A DNA stretch of 48,460 nt from Pirellulales bacterium (GTDB lineage: Bacteria > Planctomycetota > Planctomycetia > Pirellulales > JAGQOS01). The stretch spans positions 1 through 48,460 of the forward strand of contig JANQPJ010000087.1 of the NCBI GenBank assembly GCA_028289525.1, read 5' to 3'. The position numbers and the translations under genes were made by a program. The notes beneath the pieces were generated by a model. That model ran no database searches. It was not told the origin of the DNA and saw only the letters and a program-made list of their open reading frames with translations. Shown here in pieces: positions 1 through 8,278 of this stretch (position 1 is its first letter; each line of letters begins with the position of its first letter).

Positions 1-4
1 TTCT

Positions 5-36
5 GTTTCGCGCTTCGACCACCGGTCGCTGTTTTT
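5..36. repeat. REP-like element, half-unit at the window edge (a partner may lie outside)
   Basis: gtttcgcgcttcgaccaccggtcgctgttttt, downstream of the last cluster A gene. Confidence 0.85.
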
Positions 37-80
37 ATGCAAGGAACAACTTTGCAATCCTCTTGGTTCTGAGACAAAGC

Positions 81-485
81 CTAATTGTCTGTTTCCCTCG
101 CGCCATCGCGCGGGACAACAATGGTTGTGGGCACTGCCGACGGGTTCCAACCAAATGGCCGGCCTGCACTGGCCGTCCAGGCTGGGCTGTACATACTTGA
201 CCAAGGGGTCGCGTTGGCCGTGGGCCGACTGTTCGAGAAGCCGTACCATTTACGTGCGGCGATTCGCTGCTGGCGTTGCTGAGCCCGAAACTCGGCCTTG
301 CGCCGCACGGCCATTCGAGGATCATCATGCCGAGCGATCTGCTGCTGGTAGAACCACATCTCCGGCGTCATATACGCAGACGATCGGGCCCCCGTTGGCA
401 ACGGCTCTTGTCCCTGGGCAAGATCGACGACACAGAGCGTATAGAGCAGCAGCGCCGTCGCGAATATTCGGACCATGATTTCCAT
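81..485 (-). CDS. hypothetical secreted protein, last ORF of the T2SS-like operon
   Basis: ORF 81..491. Hydrophobic signal-peptide-like N-terminus (MVRIFATALLLYTLCVVDLAQGQ). Same strand as the upstream PilP-like gene, about 22 nt downstream of it. Start (491/485/476) uncertain. No domain recognised. Confidence 0.5.
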   Translation of the reverse strand: MEIMVRIFATALLLYTLCVVDLAQGQEPLPTGARSSAYMTPEMWFYQQQIARHDDPRMAVRRKAEFRAQQRQQRIAARKWYGFSNSRPTANATPWSSMYSPAWTASAGRPFGWNPSAVPTTIVVPRDGARETDN

Positions 486-513
486 TCCCAATGGATTCGG
501 TGTTACTCATCTG

Positions 514-1077
514 TTAAAGAGGCGTCGGCGGGGCGGCTGCATGACGTTCCAAGCGTTCGGTCCAGACGCGCCCGCCACGTCGCAAGGTAACCGACGGCGG
601 GTCAATCTCGATAACTTCCAGGCTGCCTTGGCTTTCGCCGGCACGCAACGTCGCCAATTCGCCATCAACCAGTAGTACCACGCCCAGTTGAGCGACTCGG
701 ACAAAACCGATCAATTGCAGGCTCTGATCGCCAGGGAGTTGAGTGCGAGGCCGATGAGGCAGGTCGGCGCTACGAGGTGGCGCAAAGGGGTTTTCGCGAG
801 GCGGAAATGGCGGCTCAGGCGATTCCAACTTCGCTTCGCTGGGCGGTTCGATTGGCCGGGTGGTTGGGTCGCCTGGATTCTGCCATCCTGCCGTCGGCTT
901 CTGCGCGTCGACCGTGGCCGGTGGCTCAGCCTTTTCCTGCGAAACAAGCGTTGCTTCCGGCGGAGTCGGTTTGCGCATGGCGACCGGCGGCGCGGTCGCT
1001 GGTGGCTCGCCACACCCAAGGCCAGCGACCAACAGCCCGCCAGCAATTAGCCAGATTTTTGGGGTCGGATGGTTCAT
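514..1077 (-). CDS. PilP/GspC-like periplasmic (lipo)protein
   Basis: ORF 514..1107. The ATG at 1077 overlaps the secretin stop as ATGA (1074..1077). N-terminus MNHPTPKIWLIAGGLLVAGLGC is a signal peptide ending in Cys. Pro-rich linker. C-terminal beta domain LQLIGFV..VLLVDGELATLRAGES resembles PilP/GspC. Confidence 0.6.
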   Translation of the reverse strand: MNHPTPKIWLIAGGLLVAGLGCGEPPATAPPVAMRKPTPPEATLVSQEKAEPPATVDAQKPTAGWQNPGDPTTRPIEPPSEAKLESPEPPFPPRENPFAPPRSADLPHRPRTQLPGDQSLQLIGFVRVAQLGVVLLVDGELATLRAGESQGSLEVIEIDPPSVTLRRGGRVWTERLERHAAAPPTPL

Positions 1078-3092
1078 GATTGGGGAGGAAATAATCTGTG
1101 CAGCCAACTAGAGCGTGACGGCTTGGCTGGCTTGGTTCGAGAGGCCTTATCGGCAGGCGTTTGGATCGTGGGTAATCGCACCGGACGGTCGTTCAAGATC
1201 GAAAGCGGTCGAGTCGCGCCAGCGTTGGACGGCGTCAGATCGGTTTGCCGAAGACTGGTCTGGCGGACTGGGTAGACGTGGCCTGGAACTGCCGGAATAC
1301 GAGCCAGACGTTGGTTTCTGGGGCCAATGCGCCGGACTCCGGCCGCATCGTCCGGCGTGGGGAGCGGAGCCCCGATGGCCGGTTTGCCAATCGGAGCCGC
1401 TTCGGTCGATTCGAGGGCCGGCACGGTTTCGTAAATCACTTCGTGCGGCACACCGTGGCCATGAATCTCGCCCTGGGGAATTTTCCCGAGGAAATGGCGA
1501 CCCGTCTGGATGGCCGCGTCTTCGCGACAACTGGGCGGATGATCAACGGTAACGATTTCAGGACGGATAAAGACCAACAGTTCGCTTTCGCGAACCGTCG
1601 TTTCACGCCCTCGAAACAGCAAGCCGACGCCCAACGGCAGGTCTTGGAGAAAGGGAATTCCATTGAAAGTGCCGACGTCGGTCCGTTGGCGCAAGCCACC
1701 AATGACCAGTGTGTGCTGGTTGCGCACACGGACCGTGGTGCTGGCCGTGCGACGGTCGATAATCGGCTGATTGTCTTCGGGCGTAAACCCGGCCAACCGG
1801 CTGAACTCGGGCTCTACCTGCATCCAGACCGTGTCCTGGCCCGCTGCCCGAGCGGTGACGCTAAGCTTCACGCCTGCTTCGCGGAAAGCGGTGGTGCCGA
1901 TGTTCCCTCCGCCGGCCGTTTCGGTCAACTGTTGAAACGGGATCTCCTGGATGATTGCCACCGATGCCCGTTCGTTTTCGATCACCGTGACGTTCGGATC
2001 GGCCAACAGTCGCGAGTCCTTGGCCGTTTCTAAAGCCTGAATGGCCGCTTCGAGGTCGAATACTTCGGACATGTTGGCAAACGTCATCACGCCGCCTGCC
2101 GCGGCCGGGTTAAACGGCACCAGTGTGAGCGCGTCGATATCCCATTGGGCCGTGCTGCCAGCGGCGTCAGGCCTGCCTTGGAGCGAGTGGCTCCAATTCA
2201 CGCCCAACGTCTCCATGTCTTCCAGCGAAACGTCGTAAATGTACGAGGTGATTCGAATCACTTTGCGAGGGATATCAAGCTGTTTGATCACCTGGCCGGC
2301 CAGAGCTTGATTTTGGGGATAGTCGACCACAACCAACTGGTCTTCGTCTTCGAGTACCGAAATCCGACCTTCATCGCTCAACACACTGGCGATCGCTTCT
2401 TTGGCCGACAAGGCAGGAATGTGGTGTGTCATGAAGTAGCCGACTTCGATCGCCGGCGGACCTGCCGGAGTGGACTCGGTGTCCGAGCCGGAATGATGCA
2501 GGTTTTGCACAAAGCCGCGAATCATGGCGATGCGGTCGGGATAGTCAACGACCAGCAAACTACGAGTCGAGGCGAAAGCCTTGACCTTGCCGCGCGGCGA
2601 GTTTAGTAGCTTGGCGCCTTCGACAATTTCCTGTGGATCGCCTGTCGGAATGGCAATCGTGGCGGTAGCAAACAGCGGGTTCACATCGCCCGAGGCTTCT
2701 AGCCGCTGGACCACCAAGCTCTTGCCCACTGGACGATAGCTAAAGCCGTTGGCCACCAGAATCGAATCGAGAATTTCTTGGAGCGGTGCATTGCGGAAAG
2801 CACAGTTCACCGTGCCATCGACTTCTTGGCCGGCGACGACGTTGACCGACCAGTTTTCACTGATTGCAAGCAGGGCGTCAGCCAGCGAAGCGTTGCGCAA
2901 GATCAAGTCGCCCCGTTTGGCAAACATCGGACGCAAGCCAGACTCAAGCCCTGGATCGGGAAGCCGCGCGGCGTGGCCCAGCGAGCCGACCGCGCACACG
3001 ACCGCAGCCAACAGTAGCCAAGCCAACAGGCTTGTGAAGTCTAGACGAAGACGATTTGATGGCTTCTGTACGCTCGAATGATATCTGGCCAT
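1074..3092 (-). CDS. secretin (GspD/PilQ family) outer-membrane channel, cluster A
   Basis: ORF 1074..3119. The ATG at 3092 is preceded by GGAGGA. N-domains (NVVAGQEVDGTVNCAFRNAPLQEILDSILVANGFSY) and a C-terminal secretin core (GIPFLQDLPLGVGLLFRG..ELLVFIRPEIV) are followed by a tail of about 158 aa. Confidence 0.9.
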   Translation of the reverse strand: MARYHSSVQKPSNRLRLDFTSLLAWLLLAAVVCAVGSLGHAARLPDPGLESGLRPMFAKRGDLILRNASLADALLAISENWSVNVVAGQEVDGTVNCAFRNAPLQEILDSILVANGFSYRPVGKSLVVQRLEASGDVNPLFATATIAIPTGDPQEIVEGAKLLNSPRGKVKAFASTRSLLVVDYPDRIAMIRGFVQNLHHSGSDTESTPAGPPAIEVGYFMTHHIPALSAKEAIASVLSDEGRISVLEDEDQLVVVDYPQNQALAGQVIKQLDIPRKVIRITSYIYDVSLEDMETLGVNWSHSLQGRPDAAGSTAQWDIDALTLVPFNPAAAGGVMTFANMSEVFDLEAAIQALETAKDSRLLADPNVTVIENERASVAIIQEIPFQQLTETAGGGNIGTTAFREAGVKLSVTARAAGQDTVWMQVEPEFSRLAGFTPEDNQPIIDRRTASTTVRVRNQHTLVIGGLRQRTDVGTFNGIPFLQDLPLGVGLLFRGRETTVRESELLVFIRPEIVTVDHPPSCREDAAIQTGRHFLGKIPQGEIHGHGVPHEVIYETVPALESTEAAPIGKPAIGAPLPTPDDAAGVRRIGPRNQRLARIPAVPGHVYPVRQTSLRQTDLTPSNAGATRPLSILNDRPVRLPTIQTPADKASRTKPAKPSRSSWLHRLFPPQS

Positions 3093-3172
3093 GTGTCCTC
3101 CGGTGACACGCTCGCGCAATCCTTTGCGCTAATAGGCGAATAGGTGTAGGGCGGCTTCGTTCTGCGGCGGAA

Positions 3173-3805
3173 CTAGGCGGCCGTCTGTTTTTTCTTGTAG
3201 GTCAGGTCGAACAACACCAACTCCAGTTCCAAGTCGATGCGTTCGACGTTGCGTCCGGCCGTACGGAGCGCTAATGTTTGGGTATGCAGCAATTTTCCTT
3301 CTCGGTGTAGCTCTGCTAGCAGTGCGGTCACTTGACGATAAGTGCCGGTAATCGACAGTGAAAAAGGTTGTGATTCCAGGAGGTATGGGGTCTGTTTAGC
3401 TCCCTTTTTCAGGGTCACGCGGTTCAGCGGATTGTCGCGTTCGGCCCAGGCTCGCGAATGGACTTCTCCAGTGTGAATCCGACGGATTTGGCAGCCAGAC
3501 TCCCGTACCAGTGCGACGACACGCCCTCGAAACTGCTGGACGCGATCGTGCGGGACCATGCGGGCTTCCCAGGCAGCTAAGGTTTTTCCCCGTTGTTGGA
3601 CTTGTTGTTCAATCTTTGGTAGTTGACTGGATTGGTTCGTCGCGGTTTGGAGTTCTAGCTCCAGTTCAGTGCGACGAGCTACCAGCCCACGATATTCATC
3701 GGCGAGGGGTAGTAGTGTCACAAGCCCTGTAACGAAAGTTCCGATTATAACGATTAGCCGCCGGTGGCGACTTTCCAGTAGACAGTTCAGATACTGATTA
3801 ATCAT
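3173..3805 (-). CDS. PilO/GspM-like inner-membrane assembly protein
   Basis: 210 aa with a single N-terminal TM (RLIVIIGTFVTGLVTLLPL), a coiled coil, and a C-terminal FSLSITGTYRQVTALLAELH motif typical of PilO. Overlaps the upstream gene by 8 nt. Confidence 0.65.
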   Translation of the reverse strand: MINQYLNCLLESRHRRLIVIIGTFVTGLVTLLPLADEYRGLVARRTELELELQTATNQSSQLPKIEQQVQQRGKTLAAWEARMVPHDRVQQFRGRVVALVRESGCQIRRIHTGEVHSRAWAERDNPLNRVTLKKGAKQTPYLLESQPFSLSITGTYRQVTALLAELHREGKLLHTQTLALRTAGRNVERIDLELELVLFDLTYKKKQTAA

Positions 3806-5315
3806 CGGTCTTGCCCTTCATCTCTGCCCAGTCGTTAAAGTTTGCCAGCATGCACTGCACCTTGAATCCGGTGGCACCAGGCACCAGGGCATGTCGCGCT
3901 GTGGTGCCTTCCAGGGCGACATCCTCCAATCGAGGCAGTTGCTCCAAATGGCCGACAAATTCGTAGATCGTGTCCTGGCCTATACTAGCGCCGTGGATCA
4001 CGATCTGTCGTTTCCCGCCCAGCCGAACTGAATCGATCCACGCCCCTTCTGGCAGGCAGCTGGCAATCGAGCCGAGCAGTTCGTGCCAACTGGGGCTCGA
4101 GACGTGATCGGCCAATTGCTGAAAGTGGCCCGTTTTGGTCACGGTTTTCTTCAGTTCGGCCCGTAACTGCAACGACTTGGTTTTCACTGCGTCGTAAGAT
4201 GCCAGACGTTGCTCAAGGCCACGGCAAATCGTGCCTTGTTGAAAGACAACGAACAAGCCAACGAGTGCTAGCATTAACACAGCGGCCATCGGTGCCGCCA
4301 TGCGAGCGGTCTCTTTTAGAACGCCGTGGGCTGTTTCGGTGTAGATGCCTTCCATCAGGTTCGGCCCCCGAGTGGCGTCTGCTGGTTGGTCGTCGATTAA
4401 GCAACTGCCAAGCGGGGCGACCATGTCGCCTGAGCGGGCATCGTCGTCGAGTTCCCACTGAGGATCGAGCTGGGCAACGTCGATCACGTCTACCTGCAGG
4501 CGGTCTTCGTGGTCGAAGCTGTCGAGGGACCGCTCGACATGGCCTTGGGGGCCACAGAGATATACTTTTTTCAGTTCCCCTTTGGCAAAGCGAAAGTAAC
4601 GAAAACAGTACCGCTGTAGACGCGCCAAGTGTTGCGAAATGATTTCGCCCATGTCTTTGTGAACCGAGAGACCGCCTGGCCGGTAGTCGAGCAACAGTTG
4701 GCCATCGTAGGAGATCCCCAGTTCAACGCCCATCTCGTCGGTGCTGACGAGCAAGACCGGCTCGTCACGGTCATAGCCCAATCGTCCCACCACACGGCAC
4801 AGCGACACCAAGGCCGGTTCGACCGTGTCGATTTGAATACCAGCAGCGGTGGCTCCGGCCATCAACGCCTCGAGTGTTTTGCGATTCGAAACAGTCAATA
4901 ACGCGTGTTGGTGGCGTGCATCAATTTGACGAATGCTGCCGGCCATCGCTTTGTGGCCTGGCCCGAGCGACAAGTAACGCTGGCTGCGGTGTTCCAGTTG
5001 GGCCATTTCACGGCGTACCCGTTCGTTGGTGCCAGTGAGGATGCGGGTAACACAAAAGTCGCCACTCAGGCAGAACTTTACCGGCACTCCGCTCAGGTTT
5101 TCCTCGTCGGCCAAGGTAGTGAGCGCTGCGCCCAATTCTTGCCCACCGGTTTCGCTCTGGAGTGAGCTTGCCTTGGTGCGCCATTGCATGGTGCGGGCAT
5201 GCACTTGCACTGGACCGTCGTCCTCGACGCGTCCGAGCGATACCAAGTTGAGCACGCTATGGCAAACCTCGATCGAAACCGTGCGTTGGTTCGTGGTGGA
5301 ATGTCGATTCGGCAT
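3798..5315 (-). CDS. GspL-like protein (PilM-like actin-fold domain fused to a TM and a PilN-like periplasmic domain)
   Basis: 505 aa. The N-terminal ~330 aa are PilM-like (ALLTVSNRKTLEALMAGATAAGIQIDTVEPALVSL). TM segment AAPMAAVLMLALVGLFVVF. C-terminal PilN-like domain (AWIDSVRLGGKRQIVIHGASIGQDTIYEFVGHLE). Confidence 0.7.
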   Translation of the reverse strand: MPNRHSTTNQRTVSIEVCHSVLNLVSLGRVEDDGPVQVHARTMQWRTKASSLQSETGGQELGAALTTLADEENLSGVPVKFCLSGDFCVTRILTGTNERVRREMAQLEHRSQRYLSLGPGHKAMAGSIRQIDARHQHALLTVSNRKTLEALMAGATAAGIQIDTVEPALVSLCRVVGRLGYDRDEPVLLVSTDEMGVELGISYDGQLLLDYRPGGLSVHKDMGEIISQHLARLQRYCFRYFRFAKGELKKVYLCGPQGHVERSLDSFDHEDRLQVDVIDVAQLDPQWELDDDARSGDMVAPLGSCLIDDQPADATRGPNLMEGIYTETAHGVLKETARMAAPMAAVLMLALVGLFVVFQQGTICRGLEQRLASYDAVKTKSLQLRAELKKTVTKTGHFQQLADHVSSPSWHELLGSIASCLPEGAWIDSVRLGGKRQIVIHGASIGQDTIYEFVGHLEQLPRLEDVALEGTTARHALVPGATGFKVQCMLANFNDWAEMKGKTDD

Positions 5316-5322
5316 CGTAGGT

Positions 5323-5757
5323 TTAACTCCCTAGACGGACCGTAACTTGCAGGCGGCGCGTCGCTTGGCCGGCAACTCCGGTGGCGGTAATCAAGATTTC
5401 AGATGGATTGGCACCATCGGTCGCGGTGGCCGAATAGGTGTCGTTGGCCGGAAAGGCGCCGTCGACGACCGTGCCGCGCCAGGTCGGATCGGCTTCCAGG
5501 TTTGCGACCGCATGGTGAGCGGCCGCACCGGCCAAGTAGAGTGCCCGTTCGTAATCGGCCGTGTTGCGAATGGCCGCAATTTGCGAAGTTTGATTGTCGA
5601 GCATCCGCACGACCAGCAAGGAGGAGGCCGCAATTACAAAAATGGCCACTAACAGTGCGGCCCCCTCGCGCGGCTGAGCGCGAAGCAACCGTCGAGCAGC
5701 TTTCGTGTTTGGTAGGCAAGACTTGTGGTTCATCGGTTTCACCAGGATCGAATCCAA
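5323..5757 (-). CDS. PilX/GspK-like minor pseudopilin (no Glu5)
   Basis: 144 aa. Hydrophobic N-terminus REGAALLVAIFVIAASSLLVV followed by NTADYERALYLAGAAAHHAV, similar to PilX_N/GspK. Alternative start at 5733. Confidence 0.55.
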   Translation of the reverse strand: MDSILVKPMNHKSCLPNTKAARRLLRAQPREGAALLVAIFVIAASSLLVVRMLDNQTSQIAAIRNTADYERALYLAGAAAHHAVANLEADPTWRGTVVDGAFPANDTYSATATDGANPSEILITATGVAGQATRRLQVTVRLGS

Positions 5758-6269
5758 CCGCGACAGATGATGGTTCGGCTACCGCCGGCATTGCGTGGCA
5801 ACTGGACACCGACCGTACACTGGACGGCTTGGATTTCGTCGGCCACGGTGGTTGGCGTGACGCCGTCGGCCTGATAACCAACCAGGGTGAGTTCCGTAAT
5901 TTCTTCGGCAAGAATGGAATCGGCGGTCGGACTCCCGTAACGCACTACGCCGGCGCCATCGCGACGCCAGGCATGCAGATTTCCATCAGGCATGTTGAGC
6001 GAGAGTGAACCGTTGTTAGCCGCGGGTCCGCTAATCGCCGCGACCGATTCTGCCTGACGAACGTTGCGGATGATGTGTCGCACGGTGGCGTGGGCCGCTT
6101 CCAGGCGGGCCAAATCGTTCTCGTGTGATTGCCACGTGGCATAACTGCCACGCAGCAGAACTGCCACGCTTGTCATGACCGTGGTCATCAGCGTAACGGC
6201 CAGCAACAACTCGACCAGAGTCATGCCCTGACGTTGCCGACGATTCGTGTTAAGGAGTGGCGACTTCAT
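5739..6269 (-). CDS. prepilin-type minor pseudopilin (GspJ/PilW-like)
   Basis: N-terminal methylation motif RQRQG/MTLVELLLAVTLMTTVMTSV with Glu at +5. 176 aa. Overlaps its neighbours within the pseudopilin row. Confidence 0.75.
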   Translation of the reverse strand: MKSPLLNTNRRQRQGMTLVELLLAVTLMTTVMTSVAVLLRGSYATWQSHENDLARLEAAHATVRHIIRNVRQAESVAAISGPAANNGSLSLNMPDGNLHAWRRDGAGVVRYGSPTADSILAEEITELTLVGYQADGVTPTTVADEIQAVQCTVGVQLPRNAGGSRTIICRGWIRSW

Positions 6270-6717
6270 TTTCGTAAGTTAGCAGTTTGGCGATTTTGCT
6301 ACGCAAGATGGAGTGGGGCTCGTTGTTGTCGAGAGCTCCATTGCTGTTTTGGTCTTCCCACACGGTGGCCTGCACGGCCATTAACTGATCAGGCAGTCCG
6401 CCGGCAGCGACTTGGTCGCTACAAGTAACTTGGTATCGGACGGTCGGGTATCCGTTGGCGGCCAAGGCGCCGGTCGATGTGGTGGTCGACCAGGTAGCGG
6501 CCGTGAGGTTTAAGTGTTCTTCGAGTTGGTTCACACACTCGGTCGTGACCAGGTTCAGCATTTCGACGCGACGGCCCAGTTTCATGCTGTCGCGCATCAG
6601 CCGCAAGGTAGGCACCAGCGCAATCGCCATCAGCGAAGTGGCGGCAATCACTTCCAACAACGTGAGACCGGAGCGGCGCGCAGGGCGCTTGCCTGGACAC
6701 AGGTGGGATCGACTCAT
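6250..6717 (-). CDS. prepilin-type minor pseudopilin (GspI/PilV-like)
   Basis: ORF 6250..6753. Motif ARRSG/LTLLEVIAATSLMAIALVP. The ATG at 6717 gives a 17-aa leader; 6753 is the alternative start. Confidence 0.75.
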   Translation of the reverse strand: MSRSHLCPGKRPARRSGLTLLEVIAATSLMAIALVPTLRLMRDSMKLGRRVEMLNLVTTECVNQLEEHLNLTAATWSTTTSTGALAANGYPTVRYQVTCSDQVAAGGLPDQLMAVQATVWEDQNSNGALDNNEPHSILRSKIAKLLTYENEVATP

Positions 6718-6806
6718 GCTACCTAACCATAGCTTACGAATGGACCCGGTCAACGCGCCCTAAGTCGTTCTCCCAGCACAAGAAACGCACTCCCAAAAGC
6801 CGCCAT

Positions 6807-6898
6807 CTCGTCCAAAGGGGTCAGGTCTCTTTGTTGCGTGCTCTCCCCAAAAGACACCCGCCTCCCTTCAACAAAGAGGCCTGACCCCTTTGGACGAG
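6807..6898. repeat. 30-bp inverted repeat (1 mismatch) with a 32-nt loop, between two pseudopilin genes
   Basis: Left arm 6807..6836 is ctcgtccaaaggggtcaggtctctttgttg. Right arm 6869..6898 is caacaaagaggcctgacccctttggacgag. It fills most of the gap 6754..6901 inside the operon. Confidence 0.9.
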
Positions 6899-6901
6899 CT
6901 A

Positions 6902-7372
6902 TTATTCGGTGACTCTTATCGTGCCGGTGACGGGCACCACGGATACCTGCCAAGAGCGGTTTGGCCCGGCTACGGTCACTTGATAGGCCGCCAGGCTGGT
7001 GCCTTCGAATGTGAATTCGCAGATGCTGCTGGTCGAAGTGATTGTCACATGGTCTGGAACCTGACGGACTGCTTCGACCACGATCGCGCCGCCTGACGTG
7101 CGACGGTAGAGCGTGTAACCAGTCGCCGGTCCGACGCCAGGGGTGAACTGCAGAAAGTGATTGTCCCCGGTGCTGATTGCTCGGCGTCGGGCTTGCAGCA
7201 TGTCGAGGGCAATCCGTCGGGCATCGCCTTGGGCACCCAGGTTGCCGAGCGTGAGGCCACCGTAGCGTGAAATGCCTGCTGCGGCCATGATGCCGAGCAG
7301 GCTCACCACGGCAATGAGTTCCAGCAGAGTGAGACCCCGTTGGAGTTCACGGTGTGGGCGTGCATGTTGCAT
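6902..7372 (-). CDS. prepilin-type minor pseudopilin (GspH/FimT-like)
   Basis: Motif LQRG/LTLLELIAVVSLLGIMAAA with Glu5. 156 aa. Confidence 0.75.
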   Translation of the reverse strand: MQHARPHRELQRGLTLLELIAVVSLLGIMAAAGISRYGGLTLGNLGAQGDARRIALDMLQARRRAISTGDNHFLQFTPGVGPATGYTLYRRTSGGAIVVEAVRQVPDHVTITSTSSICEFTFEGTSLAAYQVTVAGPNRSWQVSVVPVTGTIRVTE

Positions 7373-7434
7373 GGCGATGGGCTCTTCCCCACGACAGTCT
7401 GGCCGCGCCAGACGCTGTGAATGGTTTGCCGAGC

Positions 7435-7767
7435 CTATGGTGTATTGCAGCGATGGGTCGTGCCGTCGATCGTATAGGCCGTAGACGGATCGATCGGGTT
7501 GGCCGGCAAGCCATCGGGGAAATAGTCATACGAGGTTGGCGGCACCATGTCGCTCAAGTCGTTGGCAGGCCAGCTACCGGTGTCAACAAAGAACCGTTCG
7601 ACGGCCGAGTTGATTTCCGCCTTGTTCTGGGCATGCACGTTCTGGCGAGCGGTGTTGCTCGAAGACGAAACACGCGGAATGATCATGGCGGCAATGATGC
7701 CTAAAATGGTCACCACGGCCAGAAGTTCCAATAACGAGAAACCGGAGTGTCGTTTTCGTTTCTGCAT
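7435..7767 (-). CDS. small major-type pilin/pseudopilin, paralog 2
   Basis: Canonical prepilin site KRHSG/FSLLELLAVVTILGIIAAMIIPR. 110 aa. C-terminal YFPDGLP motif is shared with paralog 1. Confidence 0.85.
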   Translation of the reverse strand: MQKRKRHSGFSLLELLAVVTILGIIAAMIIPRVSSSSNTARQNVHAQNKAEINSAVERFFVDTGSWPANDLSDMVPPTSYDYFPDGLPANPIDPSTAYTIDGTTHRCNTP

Positions 7768-7862
7768 GGATATGGTCCTTGAAATAAACGTAAAGGTGGG
7801 TTTTGGTAGGTGCGAAAATCAGGTATTCGTAAATCGTTTCAGGCAGAGCCCGTTGTTCGTCC

Positions 7863-8183
7863 TCAGTGGGTATGCCCAAGGACATGGTGCGTTGTGGGGT
7901 CGAGTTGATAAGTCTGCCCAGTCAACGGACAGGTAGGCGCTCCGTCGGGGAAATATTCGCTCGTCGTCGGTGGAAGCATGTCGGCCAAATCGCTTTGTGG
8001 CCAACGTCCCTGATCGCGGAAGAAACGTTGGACTTGGACTTCCACGTTTCCCTTAGTTACGTAGCATGCGTTTTTCTTCGTGTCGCCAGAATTTATGGAA
8101 ACCCGAGGGATAACCACCGCGGCCACCGCCGCGAGAATCGTGATAACCGCTACCAGTTCGATAAGTGATATGGCCGAACGCAT
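7863..8183 (-). CDS. small major-type pilin/pseudopilin, paralog 1 (atypical cleavage site)
   Basis: MRSA/ISLIELVAVITILAAVAAVVIPR has Glu5 conserved but Ala at -1 and a 4-aa leader. 106 aa. C-terminal YFPDGAPTCP motif. Confidence 0.8.
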   Translation of the reverse strand: MRSAISLIELVAVITILAAVAAVVIPRVSINSGDTKKNACYVTKGNVEVQVQRFFRDQGRWPQSDLADMLPPTTSEYFPDGAPTCPLTGQTYQLDPTTHHVLGHTH

Positions 8184-8278
8184 CTTTGAATTTCTGACTT
8201 AGGGTTTCTGATTAAAACTTGATGCCATTCGCGTCAGCGCGTCTCTCTCCACCCTCCACCCTTAACCCTCCACCGCGT
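8184..8278 (-). repeat. composite intergenic element (G-rich block, GCGC motif, A/C/T-rich SD-less tail) between gspF-A and pilin 1
   Basis: Minus-sense sequence: aacgcggtggagggttaagggtggagggtggagagagacgcgctgacgcg..aatcagaaaccctaagtcagaaattcaaag, then ATG. Related copies at 11186..11248, 28082..28184 and 31163..31215. Confidence 0.85.

Noticed and set aside
1245-2033. Long antisense ORFs inside well-supported genes. Examples: 1245..2033, 10424..11059, 13318..14268, 31666..32463, 35022..35807, 37141..37857, 38062..38886 and 15198..15755.
   Set aside because: These are shadow ORFs typical of GC-rich DNA. Their translations are Arg/Pro/Gly-rich with no motifs, and each lies fully within a gene that has clear family signatures on the other strand or frame.
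6750-6953. A 67-aa ORF spanning the 30-bp inverted repeat.
   Set aside because: It consists of the translated hairpin arms and overlaps the 3' end of the GspH-like gene. The repeat structure explains it better.
8214-8229. A possible sigma54 promoter upstream of pilin 1 (TGGCAT-N4-TTTT).
   Set aside because: The -12 element lacks the conserved GC (TTTT instead of TTGC). No sigma54-type enhancer-binding regulator is encoded here, because both regulators are receiver-only.
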